Position numbers and translations under genes: made by a program | Shown: one piece after another, positions 1-11,802 of the stretch | Numbering within the stretch: position 1 is the stretch's first letter | Layout: each line of letters begins with the position of its first letter | Assembly (NCBI RefSeq): GCF_001194135.2 | Contig: NC_069000.1 | Span: 13,635,458-13,699,457, forward strand | Reading direction: 5' to 3' | From: Octopus bimaculoides | Taxonomy: Eukaryota | Length of the DNA stretch: 64,000 nt | Notes under the pieces: model-generated | Told to the model about the DNA's origin: nothing | The model's input: the letters and a program-made list of their open reading frames with translations, nothing else | The model's database searches: none

Positions 1-926
1 ATTATTATTATTTTCAGACTATATTTTCTCAGTTATTATTTATATCAACGGTGAACAATAACACCACCAACCTTAGTCTCTTTTCATGGCAGTTAACATT
101 TTACATACGTTCTGCGGATATTTTTGTTACTGGTTTGCCAAAACTTTCTGAATTTTTACGTTTCACTTAGCTTGCTCCTTACGAGCTGCGTTTATTTACC
201 CATGCATATTTTTCGATTATTTGCTGTTTGTATAATGAATTCCATTTCATTCCGCATCTTCTAGGAATGCATTTTGCAAACTTTCACTTATATTAAAGCT
301 GTCAAGGTATTTTGCAAACAAATAAGAAATTCATTTTTGCCTTGCCTTTGAACTTAATTTTAGTCTTATGTGTTTTGCAGTGGCTTATCTAATGTGCTTG
401 CAACCTAGGGCAGCCCTTGAATTTTCCACCCTGCTTCTGGTCCCCTAAGCCTATGCAGGCTTATACGGACCCAAAAGTGCAGTCCCCATAAAATTGTCAC
501 TTTTGACAGACCATTGCATCCTAGCTTTGCTACTGGAATTTCCAATGATTTTTTCCCCATTTTTGAATTGCTGATAATATCTGTCTGTCGCAGCTTCTGA
601 CAGAATTGTCATCGTTTTTTGATGATGGGGGGAAGGGAATTTGAACTCAGAATGTGCCCAACCGGAACAGATACTGCAATACAGCAAGGCATCCTTGTCC
701 AATATCCGAGCAATTCTGCCAACGCACTAATTAGAACCAGACTGGTATTTTTTCCTTTATCATCTCCCGAAAAGATTAAAGACAAATTTGTCATCGTCGG
801 GATTCGAACTCAGAACGCAGAGAATCGAAAGAAACACCGTCGAGTATTTTAACGTTTCCGCCAACACGCTGCTTTCAATTCTATAATTTTATAAAAATGT
901 TTCAATATATTATAATATATTATTAA

Positions 927-1104
927 GGCGAAACGCTCAGTGGTATTCCGCCCAGTGGTATTCTGAGTTCAAATTCCGCCGAGGTCGACTTTGCCTTTCA
1001 TCCTTTCGAGATCGATAAATTAAGTTCCAATTTAACACTAGGATCAGTGTAATCGACTCATCCTCACCTCCCCCAAGCTGCCCTTGTGGCAAAAATTTGA
1101 AATA
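927..1104 (+). mobile_element. SINE, tRNA-derived family (5'-degenerate copy)
   Basis: B-box-like GAGTTCAAATTCC followed by gccgaggtcgactttgcctttcatcctttcg, as in the full-length copy at 55796-56025. Confidence 0.8.
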
Positions 1105-1127
1105 GTTATAATATATTATTTATTTCA

Positions 1128-1312
1128 GGCATGAGATATATGCATACGTATGGCTCTGTAATTAAGAAGCTTACTTTGCAAATACTTGGTTTCCAGTTCA
1201 ATCCCACCGCGCGGCACCTGGAGCAAATAAGTTTTATTATAGCCCCGAGCCGATCAATGCCTTGTGAGTGAATTTGGTCAACGAAAACTATATAGAAGCC
1301 CGTCGTATATAC
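1128..1312 (+). mobile_element. Second SINE-like family (head GGTTCAGTCCCACTGCGTGGCACCTTGGGCAAG-type), running into TA/TG microsatellite
   Basis: Related copies at about 11280-11415, 24270-24420, 24880-25025, 25390-25520, 39518-39615, 40272-40440, 41862-42000, 52890-53045, 53345-53465, 58625-58760 and 61580-61740, in both orientations. Confidence 0.8.
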
Positions 1313-1375
1313 ACGTTTCTGCATGTGTGTATATATATATGTATGCGCGCGCGTGTGTGTGTGTGTATATATATT

Positions 1376-1409
<34 letters not shown>

Positions 1410-1568
1410 GATGAGTATCTTTGTATTTGTCCCCACCACCACCACCACCACTTAACTGTTGTTGGTTTGCTTACGTCCCCCTAACCGAACGGTTTGGCAA
1501 AAGAGACCCATAGAATAAGTACCAGGCTTTTCAAAAAAATTAGTACTGAGGTCAATTTGTTGGACTAA

Positions 1569-2132
1569 NNNNNNNNNNNNNNNNNNNNNNNNNNNNNNNN
1601 NNNNNNNNNNNNNNNNNNNNNNNNNNNNNNNNNNNNNNNNNNNNNNNNNNNNNNNNNNNNNNNNNNNNNNNNNNNNNNNNNNNNNNNNNNNNNNNNNNNN
1701 NNNNNNNNNNNNNNNNNNNNNNNNNNNNNNNNNNNNNNNNNNNNNNNNNNNNNNNNNNNNNNNNNNNNNNNNNNNNNNNNNNNNNNNNNNNNNNNNNNNN
1801 NNNNNNNNNNNNNNNNNNNNNNNNNNNNNNNNNNNNNNNNNNNNNNNNNNNNNNNNNNNNNNNNNNNNNNNNNNNNNNNNNNNNNNNNNNNNNNNNNNNN
1901 NNNNNNNNNNNNNNNNNNNNNNNNNNNNNNNNNNNNNNNNNNNNNNNNNNNNNNNNNNNNNNNNNNNNNNNNNNNNNNNNNNNNNNNNNNNNNNNNNNNN
2001 NNNNNNNNNNNNNNNNNNNNNNNNNNNNNNNNNNNNNNNNNNNNNNNNNNNNNNNNNNNNNNNNNNNNNNNNNNNNNNNNNNNNNNNNNNNNNNNNNNNN
2101 NNNNNNNNNNNNNNNNNNNNNNNNNNNNNNNN
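1569..2132. other. Assembly gap (N run), one of ten
   Basis: N runs at 1569-2132, 7622-7950, 13830-14305, 20461-21231, 24196-24240, 27874-27883, 35393-35426, 37148-37666, 41388-41397 and 59429-59438. Most abut microsatellites or homopolymers, and could hide exons. Confidence 0.99.
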
Positions 2133-3485
2133 CCACCACCACCACTTAACTGTTGTTGGTTTGCTTACGTCCCCCTAACCGAACGGTTTGGCAAAAGAGA
2201 CCCATAGAATAAGTACCAGACTTACAAAGACAAGTACTTGGATGGATTTTGTCCGACTAGACCCTTCAAAGTGGTACCCCAGTATGGCCGCGATCTGATG
2301 ACTGCAACAAGGATAAGGTAAAAGAATGTAAAAGGGGTAAAATCGACGTTTCAATTTGTGTTAAACTTTCGCACGTTGATGCAAAGTTTATGTTAGTGTC
2401 TGAGGACAGAAGCGAATGCAAAGAGCAAATTGCAATAACTAACTGATGCTACCTCTATTCACGTCTATCCGCAACACTCGGATATTATTCTTTGAATTTA
2501 TTATGCCGTAGGAATAATATTTTGTAGAGAAACGCATCATAAAACTCGAGCGTTCTGTAACTGTTCAAGTTTGAAATAGGTTCAGGTTTATTAAGGCGAT
2601 AAAGCCTAGTTTATTTGGTTTTCGTTTTAGCTGTGTTAGATATAATGAAACATTCATAAAAGTGCATTGAAGATTATAAATACTATCAAGCGCTGCAAAT
2701 GGGAATTTTAGGTCAAGCGCATTGTTGCAGTGCTGACCTGAAATAGTGTCGCAAAACATTGGCAAATCCAGTAGAAGGCCTTGTTGATTAAAGAAGCTGA
2801 TCCTTAGTGCTTATGTTGAATTAGACATTTCACTCAAGGAATGCAGAGGAATGGCGATTGCACAAGTTCGTCTGGAGGAAATGGAAACTGAGAGATTGTT
2901 ATTGATGAAAAGGAAGGAAGTTAAAGAGATGATATAAACTTACGAAGATTGGTTCAGAGATTTGTTTAAAACTGTATCTTTAGCTAGACATACTTTGAAG
3001 TAAAGACCATTTTAAGAAAGCAGCCCCGTTTTGGCATTTTAAAATGCACTCGGCGATACTCCCAGAGAAGACCAAAATTTTGTAAGGTTCGAAAATCAAT
3101 AGAGAAAAATCAATAGTGAACGAATTAATCAAAGTGTGTTAGTCAAAGATTGCTTGTTATAATTCTCTAATAAACATTGTTCATTGAAAAACATAATTAA
3201 ATTGACTGGGATTAATTTGATTGTTTTCATTCACATTGATAAAAAGCAATCCCCCTGTATGCTAGAAATAGCAGCCAATCTACCTCACATCATATCCATT
3301 GTCTTTAAAAGAGACTTACACATTGGATGTTTTTTAAAGTGTGAAAGTCACGGCTGGAACGATTTTGATCACAGCTCTTCTTGCTCCATCAGAATTGATC
3401 TAGGACGAAGCAAACAACTCGTTCTGATTTAGTTCTCTGATGTCGCTGAAATTGATTCATAGCTTTCATTACTTCTGCCGACAAA

Positions 3486-3690
3486 AGCGGTGAGCTGCGA
3501 CGCCGGACAAAATGCTTTGCGACGACCCGTCCGTCTTTACGTTCTGAGTTCAAATCCGCTGAGGTCGACTTTGACTCTCACCCTTTCGAGGTCAATGAAA
3601 TAAGTATCAGTCGAATACTGGGTCCAATTAAACGACTACACCCCATCCCCAAAAATTTCAGGCCTTGTGTCTATAATAGGGAAGATTAAT
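3486..3690 (+). mobile_element. SINE, tRNA-derived family
   Basis: Starts gcggtgagctg and has gttctgagttcaaatccgctgaggtcgactttg. Further copies at about 9050-9245(-), 12395-12615(-), 12635-12830(-), 18885-18985(+), 19600-19820(-), 33555-33700(-), 35427-35563(-), 35615-35755(-), 36608-36820(-), 50460-50630(-), 51795-51950(+) and 52165-52345(+). Confidence 0.8.
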
Positions 3691-4339
3691 TCTGCTGAGA
3701 AGATAATCACGTGTTACTGCCCCTAATTTAAAAATCAAGGTTCTTGTTTCGAATCCTGTACGTACTACGTACACAAACATGAAAATGACACCTGATAACG
3801 ATTGGAAGGCAAACCTATCGAAAGATAGCACAAATGTAAATTATTTCTTCGTTTTTACTGAAAATACGCATATTAATACTTAGGAATGCATACCATGTGT
3901 GTGTGTGTGTGTCCTACCATTGCATGATAACCAAGTTTGGTGCAATTAGGTTCCCGAAACTTAGCGGTTCGGTGAAAGAGATTATTAGATTAAGTACCAG
4001 GTTTCAAAAAATTAAGTACCGAGGTCGATGTGTTCGACTAAGATTCTTCAAGGTGGTGCCCTAGCATGGCCGCAGTCTAAAGATTGAAACAAGTAAAAGG
4101 TAGAATATACGTATATTTATAAATTATGTTGCCGTTGGTTATGGCTAGTCAGAAAGTTACCGTCGGTTCACGTCTATTATTGCACTTAGCAATATAGGCG
4201 ACCAAGTAGAACTGGTGGCCGAAACAACATAACTTTTTTCTAATGCAGGTAAAAATATATTCTTGGCCAGCCTGGTGGTGAAAAGAAAACCGTGAAATGA
4301 ATATTTTCGAAGGGAAAGCCCTTCTGAGAGAAACGGGGT

Positions 4340-5262
4340 TGCCTCACTTTGAATGGTTCCAATTGTGTCCGAAAAGGGTCAGTTTATATCCGAAAATGAA
4401 CTTGTCAGCAAGCGAGTAAGCCCATGTTTCCAACGCGAATTCTTTATCATGGGGACACCAACTAAAAACTTCCGTTTTTAGATTTAAGAAGGCATCCAGC
4501 TCGATCGAATTTTTTAGGACTCTTGCTCTCTCGTCCAAGTAAGGTGTGTATCGTCTGCTTCCGTCGAAGCATGGCCCAGGCAGTTCCAGGAGCTTCAATT
4601 TAAACCTGCATAACGTTCCCTCTTCTTTTAAATGTCATTTGTAGTTGACCAATATAGTAATGATGTGCCTCTCTGGGGATCCTAAAAGATAACTTGTTAG
4701 TTAGACGTAGCTCAAAGGGGCCCTCGGTTGCTCCAACATATTCCCCTGCATGTGTCCCTACGTTGTCGGTGCTGCTTTTGTTGTTATTGTTGCTGCTGCT
4801 GCCAAACACCACCTTTGCCTCATAGACTGCAGCCTCGAAGTTGCATCGACCGCCTACTGGGCACTCACTGTTAACCTGCCTTTGTGCAGACTTTAGGGAC
4901 GTTCATTAAAATCTTGTTTTACACTTGGTGCACAGCGAACGAGAACCTTATGTTGTGTCTATCAAATAATCGTCTGTACGCATGGAATTTTTTAAAATGT
5001 TTATCAGCTTATCTAAGGAAGACCCTTCTCACGCAGGTATTGATAAGTGAGAAGTGTGGGGCTAAACCAAAGGACTTTACGGTGGTGCTTTCTTTTGTAA
5101 GTGTTAGGTCCCGATATATAGGAGATGCCGGCCTTAAACCTGCTGACTGTCAAAGCCTCGTTGTAATAGGGGACTGCAGCGTCGAAAATATCTTTGATCG
5201 AGGATAGGTTCGATATCCTCTTACTGACACCCTTTACAAGATTTTTAAACACAGCAGGCGTA
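4340..5262 (-). mobile_element. Penelope-like retroelement, decayed 3' fragment (RT C-terminus plus GIY-YIG endonuclease)
   Basis: Frameshifted minus-strand peptides: PAVFKNLVKGVSKRISNLSSIKDIFDAAVPYYNEAL...KVLWFSP (RT thumb/linker), CPVGGRCNFEAAVYEAKV...EYVGATEGPFELRLTN (GIY-YIG-like) and GSRRYTPYLDERARVL...FLNLKTEVFSWCPHDKEF. These follow the order and motifs I recall for Penelope ORFs. Confidence 0.85.
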
Positions 5263-5779
5263 TAAATTTAATGTTGGTTACAATCGTTTCACTGCCATTC
5301 CGCTTCGGTGTGATAAATTTCACTAGGCCTGTATAAATTTACCCATTGTTGAATAGCAGGGAGTGCCACCTGATCAGATACTCACCGAGGTTATACCAAA
5401 GTTATACCAAATTTATACGGAATGACAAATGTAACACATATTAAACTTATACTTATAAACTAATATATTAATATCTTCATCTTCTTCGTCTTACATATAT
5501 AGCCATACAATCGTAAGGGCTGTTTTTTTAACATAAAAGTGAATTCAATACAAGAGTAAGAATAGAGCATAGTGTATTTACTTTGGCTAAAATATAGATC
5601 GCTGAGTTTCGCCTTCCAGGTTGAAAATAGTGTGTGAAAGAATGTTAAAAATTACTATAGTTGTATGTGTGAGCGTGTGTCCATGTGTATGTGTGTGTTG
5701 GAGACTGAAAGAGACAGACAGAGAGACCGAGAGACAGACAGACAAACAAACAAACAGACAAGGAAAGAAGGAGGATTAG

Positions 5780-5860
5780 TTGTGACGCGGCGGAAGTGTA
5801 AGACTTGGTGGAATTAGGAAAAGGGTCGTTCTAATAAGGAAATACTGGCGGGAAACTTAA
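5780..5860. promoter_or_regulatory. Candidate promoter motif cluster (CRE half-site, ETS/GABP, E2F)
   Basis: GTGACG at 5782, CGGAAGTG at 5791 and TGGCGGGAAA at 5846 (reverse complement TTTCCCGCCA), in CpG-retaining sequence. Motif matches only. Confidence 0.4.
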
Positions 5861-6460
5861 CAAAAAAAAAGGTATAAATAAAGGAGGACGGTTAAAACAC
5901 TGTTGAACAGATTCAGATAATATGTTTATACACCCACTAAGATAAATTTAATATTCACAATACTGATAAAGTAGTGAGGATATGTAGGTAAATGGGTTAA
6001 GCTTAACGAAACCTACATGGAGTTTTAAAATTAAAATGTAGCATTTATTTTTTAACTGAATAAAAAATGTTGATGCAGATATGATAAATATTTAGTTAGA
6101 AATCTGATGATACACACAAAGCTGAAGAGATACATAACTAGAATGCAACAGAGTTAGAAGAAAGACAAAAATAAAAACCCGCCGGCTAAATGTGACATTC
6201 GTGACCTCTCGCTAATATACGCACACACAAAAGCACACACGGATTAAACTAGAATTACAAAAGTACACCAACATCTGTAAAAGCGCAGCATATGCACACA
6301 GACGCAAAAAAATATATATAAATAGTCCGCTAAAGTTTCAATTAATTCTTATATGATAAATAAATCTGACTCTACTTATAGAAGTAGTACAATAGGCAAA
6401 TGTTTGCTGTTATCTGTAATTTTTTTTTTGTGTGTGCGATTGGCAACACGTCTGTGCGTG

Positions 6461-6516
<56 letters not shown>

Positions 6517-6519
<3 letters not shown>

Positions 6520-6612
6520 CTAACCACTACACACATTTTTTCTCTCCTTGTTTCTTTCTGTGTTCCTTTCTGTGGAAGAGCGTAGGCTCGAAACGTTAAA
6601 GACTTTTTCATA
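6517..6612 (+). repeat. Short interspersed repeat, probably derived from a Penelope pseudo-LTR
   Basis: tcgctaaccactac...ttcctttctgtggaagagcgtaggctcgaaacgttaaagactttt. A longer inverted copy is at 26563-26750, and both abut microsatellites. Confidence 0.55.
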
Positions 6613-7019
6613 CTTTTGTCATTCTGTAAAAGCTTTTCTATACGACATAATAACTGAACGAATTAAGACAAAATCTAGAATTTGTCAACACATCTAATTC
6701 CACAATTGTTAGCGTTGACATAATTCCCATCATATTGAATTTTACATACCTTTTTTTTTTATCTTTCTCAAACAAGACAAAAGAAATGAAAACATGCCGT
6801 TTTATAAAAGGTACTGCTATCACCTGTTTTTATGACAGAAAGAAAAACAGGAGATTCTTTTGGTTCCATAATTTGATTGAATATATTTTTTCCTACATTT
6901 TAAACAACTGAAATTATGGTGCTACAGATAATTCTTTTAAAATTCCAGTTTTGTTTTTCACACATCTACTTGTGGTAAATCTTCCATAAACTATTTTACA
7001 ATAACACTTTCTAAGACAA

Positions 7020-7450
7020 CGTATTTCCAGCCGCTGAAACCCGTCTCTTCATTTCAAAGCATTTCTTTCGTGAGGAGGAGACTATAGTCGAGAAATATTG
7101 ATATCTTGCAGAATAGCAACTGGTCGCTAGTATCTTAAACTGATGAACAATCAATCCACAATTTTTGGTTTGTGCGAAAATAAAAAGCAAAACGGTATGT
7201 AAAGTTCAATGTGATGGAAATTATATGGAGTTATTTGTTTTTGGCAAAACGTTTCCGAAGCGTATATTTCTTTCCTTTGGGAGTGGGATCTCGGCGGAAG
7301 TAAAAAATGCGTATACCACCCGTTTCGGCCTAACCCTAAACACCGCGTGTGCGTGTTCTTTACTTTCGCCGGGGCCTCATTTTTTTTTTTCTGCCTTTGA
7401 GATGTGACAATGGAAAAAAAAAAAGTCGTCAGAGTTCGCCATCAATGCAA
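7020..7450 (+). promoter_or_regulatory. Candidate promoter / non-coding first exon of the cytochrome b5 gene
   Basis: CpG-rich non-repeat segment with a donor-like AAAACG|GTATGT (exon end 7194) and an ETS motif GGCGGAAGT near 7283. It lies upstream of the first clear acceptor at 9464. Confidence 0.4.
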
Positions 7451-8978
7451 ATATTGGTGAAATCAGATGAGTGTTAATAAATTTTTGTGCTTTTCTTAGT
7501 TCATTTAATTATTATGTGGAATACAAAAAGTGTTTAATGAATGACAAAAAAAATGTTGGATGAAGTGTAATTTTGGAGTAAAGAGAAAAAAATAAGTGGA
7601 AAGTATTTCTTTACTGTTTATNNNNNNNNNNNNNNNNNNNNNNNNNNNNNNNNNNNNNNNNNNNNNNNNNNNNNNNNNNNNNNNNNNNNNNNNNNNNNNN
7701 NNNNNNNNNNNNNNNNNNNNNNNNNNNNNNNNNNNNNNNNNNNNNNNNNNNNNNNNNNNNNNNNNNNNNNNNNNNNNNNNNNNNNNNNNNNNNNNNNNNN
7801 NNNNNNNNNNNNNNNNNNNNNNNNNNNNNNNNNNNNNNNNNNNNNNNNNNNNNNNNNNNNNNNNNNNNNNNNNNNNNNNNNNNNNNNNNNNNNNNNNNNN
7901 NNNNNNNNNNNNNNNNNNNNNNNNNNNNNNNNNNNNNNNNNNNNNNNNNNAAAAAATTGGAGCAATTCCGATTTATATGTGACAGTTATTCCGAAACTCA
8001 AATTTCGCCGAGGTTGACTTTACCTCTCATCCTTTCCAGGCCTTGTGCCTATAACAAAAAGCATCATTTATGATATTTGCATATATACTAACTTAACCAA
8101 ACTTATTGAAATGTAATGATGTCTTTATCTCCCAAGCTACTGATGAAAACTATCCTAGAATTAAATATTAGATAATGATCAGGGATCGAACTGATCACAG
8201 TGAAGTATAGGTATAATTATTGTAAAGATGTATTCTAAAGAGAGGATTAATAGCACAGAAAATTCTAGTACTCAGTTCTAATATGGGCACTAGAACACAA
8301 ACTTATGTGTACAAAGACACACGTTTTTGATGTGAATATACAAGTACACATTTTTAATAAGAATACTAGGGCAATAGAACCATCTTTGAAGGGTTTTACA
8401 AGCAGAAATGATCGTAAGGGACTTCTCAAATTTCTGGATTCTTTCATCAGATTCTGGTGTTCTTTCACTGACTCGTGTATAAAAAATAAATTATTTTATG
8501 ATTGCTTATTTTTTGCGTCCATTGGTGACGGTAAAACCTATTTTAGTTGCTGACTTATTAGTGCTACAAACAAGTCTGTGTCTAGAGTATGTATATCTTG
8601 AAATGTCAACTGATGAAAATATTATGTAAGGGGTAATCTTACATAACAACAAGAAACACGGGTGTTATATGTTTTACATATATGTGTATGCATGTATGTT
8701 TCTGTGCGTGTGTGTGTGTGAGAGAGAGAGAGTCATAAAAGTCTATTCACAAAAAGAAGTCAAAAGAATATTGCAAACAGTACTCAACAATGGCTGAATC
8801 AAATGCACCGTAGTTTTGGCTGAATAAACCATAAAAAAAACTCATTAAACAGAACACAGATAATACACCTAACCACAAACAATAAGATTATATTGCAAAC
8901 ACAAACTTAAAATCATCAATACAAAATCATAGACTAGGTCACATAACACACTCAGATGACCAGGGTAAATATATATGC

Positions 8979-9052
<74 letters not shown>

Positions 9053-9464
9053 CAAAACTTACTTGCAGGGATTTGGGGAGGAGGGAACTTGTCAATTACA
9101 TCAACCCAAGTACTCAGCTAGTACTTAATTTATTGATCATGAAAGGATGAAAGGCAAAGTTAACCTCAGTGGAATATAGAAACAGACAAAATACCACTAA
9201 GCATTTTGTCTGGCATGCTAACACTTCTGTCAGCTCATTGCCTGTCATAACAATAGCGAAGATGATGACAACAACAATGATGATGCTAAAGTTACTGCTA
9301 AATAATTTATTATATACAGGGTGCTTCAGCAATGGGACACATTTTATACATAATAACCAGGACTAAAACAAGCATATTTCTAACAAATAAATTACAAATA
9401 TTACAAAATAATGTTCCCCATCATTACAGGACACTTGTTTTTAAACAGTCTTTTTTACTTTCAG

Positions 9465-9507
9465 GTGTTAAGAAGATCTTCACACATATCTTGGAATACA
9501 TTTCATG
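9465..9507 (+). CDS. Probable cytochrome b5 5' exon, mostly UTR, ending in the start codon ATG (9505-9507)
   Basis: Acceptor ttttttactttcag|, donor CATG|GTAACA. A phase-0 join to 11091 gives M-STGPVSD... in the b5 frame. Confidence 0.45.
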
Positions 9508-11090
9508 GTAACAGAGCAAAAATGGCATTAAAAGACCAATCTAAAAAGGGTGTTATGGACACAATTAGCTCTACAGCAAGCAATCTGTTGAACCGGCATT
9601 TTTACGATTTAATTTGGTCCAAAGAATCAGCAAGTATTTTCTCTCTTTGTATTTTATGCCTACATTTTTAGCTTTAATAATTCCTACCAGACAATTAACA
9701 TAGATCAAAGGGTGCTACTTTGGCGTGTGATCAACAACTTAAAGGGTGATTACTTTAGGTTACATTTTAGTTTACTTTTCAATTTCTAAAAACCCTTAAA
9801 ATTAGCATTGTAAATGTATTTTTTCAAAATTCTTACTATTTTGATAATAATAAAACCATGTTTCATTTACGTCTTAGTAAATAAATAAATAGATTTATTA
9901 ATCCAGTTTACATCCAATATTTTTTTAATCGATTTCAATAGGTAAAGATTACAAAAAATGTTTTTAGAAATTGCATAAAAAATCGAATTAAGCCCTTTGG
10001 CAGCTTTGCTGATTTCGGCAAGTTGGTTGGAGGTCAAAAAATAAAAAAAATAAAAAGGTCAATAATTATAAAAAAAAAAAGAGAAATATCCTTTGCATGT
10101 AAGGCAGTCAAAAATGTATATAAAAAGTAAATCCCTTTATGTTTGGGAATATGAAATATTTCAAATGTTATAAATACTGTAGGTCTATAAATTCAAGTTT
10201 ATAAATGAGTTTGGTTCAACAGAAGGTGAATTTTTAAAGATTTTTTTGAAATTTGACAGCGAAAAAATGTTTTTTTAGCTTTTGTGGTAAAATAATAATA
10301 AGAAACCAAGAATAAATAATATAATAATTAACATAAGCTTGTAGATCACACAAATTTGGCAGCTGTTTTTCATCGTAAAGAAACTAAAGACTAACCTAAA
10401 GTAATCCCATTGATGTTGTAGATCACACACCAAAGTAGCACCAATCAAAGTCTAAAAGTTTACTGTTATGCCATTAAATTTTTTTTTTTTTAATAATTGT
10501 TTTGAAACTATATAACTATATCCATGGGCTCACCAAAACCTTGTGAGTAGAATTTGCAGATAGAAAATGAAAAAAGCCCATCATATAATAGATAGATAGA
10601 TAGATAGATAGGTAGATATAGACATATATAGTATGTATGTGTGTATGCGTGTATGTGTGTATGCATGTATGTGTGTGTGTGTGCATATGTGTGTGTGTGT
10701 GTGCATATGTGTGTGTGTGTGTGTGTGCACCCTTGCCTTGATATCATGTGATGGTTGTAAACCAGCATATTGTTCATTTCCAGTTTTCCAAGAAAAATGT
10801 CTGGCCAAGGGAAATGTTACCTTGCTTGGAAACTGGTGAGGATTGGTGACAGGAAAGGCATCTGGCCATAAAAGATCTGCCTTAATAAAGCTCCATCTGT
10901 TCCATGCATACATAGAAAAGTGCGCATTTGATGATGATAATGACGATGAGGATGATGACATATAAATTGGAATTTGGAAAATTCAGATTTCTTTAATATT
11001 TTCACTGATATTTTACAGTAAGATTACAAAATAATTTAATCAGCTACTATGAAAATATTTCTGTAAATGAATATTTCTTTTCATTTATAG

Positions 11091-11249
11091 AGTACAGGAC
11101 CAGTGAGTGATATCAACCACAATATCTGTGATACCAGCTCAGGTACTGCAACGTTTTCTATGCAAGATGTATCAGAACATAGTGTTTCAGACTCTTGTTG
11201 GATTGTGATACGAGATAAAGTCTACGATATAACTGAATTTCTTAGCAAG
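11091..11249 (+). CDS. Cytochrome b5-family heme-binding protein, exon
   Basis: Acceptor ttttcatttatag|, donor AAG|GTAAGA, 159 bp, phase 0/0. Encodes STGPVSDINHNICDTSSGTATFSMQDVSEHSVSDSCWIVIRDKVYDITEFLSK, matching the b5 pattern F...V..H....CWIVI..KVYD.T.FL. Confidence 0.93.
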
Positions 11250-11765
11250 GTAAGATTCACATTAAATGCAACTCACTGAGGTATAGCTGTGTGGTTAAGA
11301 TGCTCCATTTGCAATCATGTAGCTTGGGGTTCAGTCTCACAAGGGTCTTCTACTATAGCTCCAGACTGACCAATGTCTTGTGATTGGATTTGGTAGTCAG
11401 AAATTGTGTGGAAGCCCAAATTTTGTACGACTATTATTCTTTCTATTCTTTCATTCTTTCTATTCTTTCATTCTTTCTATCAGCCCCTTCACTCTTATTT
11501 CGTTCATTCCACTCTTCGTGTACCATTTCTCCGTTTTTTTTTTTTCCGGCTTAGCTTAGTTTTTCCTTGGGGCTGGCTAGATTGAAGCAATCTCAAGTAT
11601 AACCAACCAGAATTGCAAAGATAATCTGGAACTCGACTGAGGAAAGAAAACTCTAAATGACCCATCCTTGTTTTCTTTGTATTGTCTATCTGGATGTTTT
11701 GTTGTCCCTTTTTTGTATCGCTTAACTCTCTGGATGTTTTGCGTTCTTGTCCCATTTTTGTATTT

Positions 11766-11802
<37 letters not shown>

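Noticed and set aside
451-702. 83-aa minus-strand ORF (…KARMQWSVKSDNFMGTALLGPYKPA)
   Set aside because: No family recognised, weak splice sites, and it partly overlaps SINE-derived sequence.
2560-3470. Purine-rich stretch with short open frames (ECRGMAIAQVRLEE, YEDWFRDLF) that might be an old LINE
   Set aside because: No diagnostic RT or endonuclease motif that I can support without a search.
4225-4260. Plus-strand ttttttctaatgcag|gtaaaa (AG|GT juxtaposition)
   Set aside because: The donor is weak and no plus-strand gene is evident upstream in the window.
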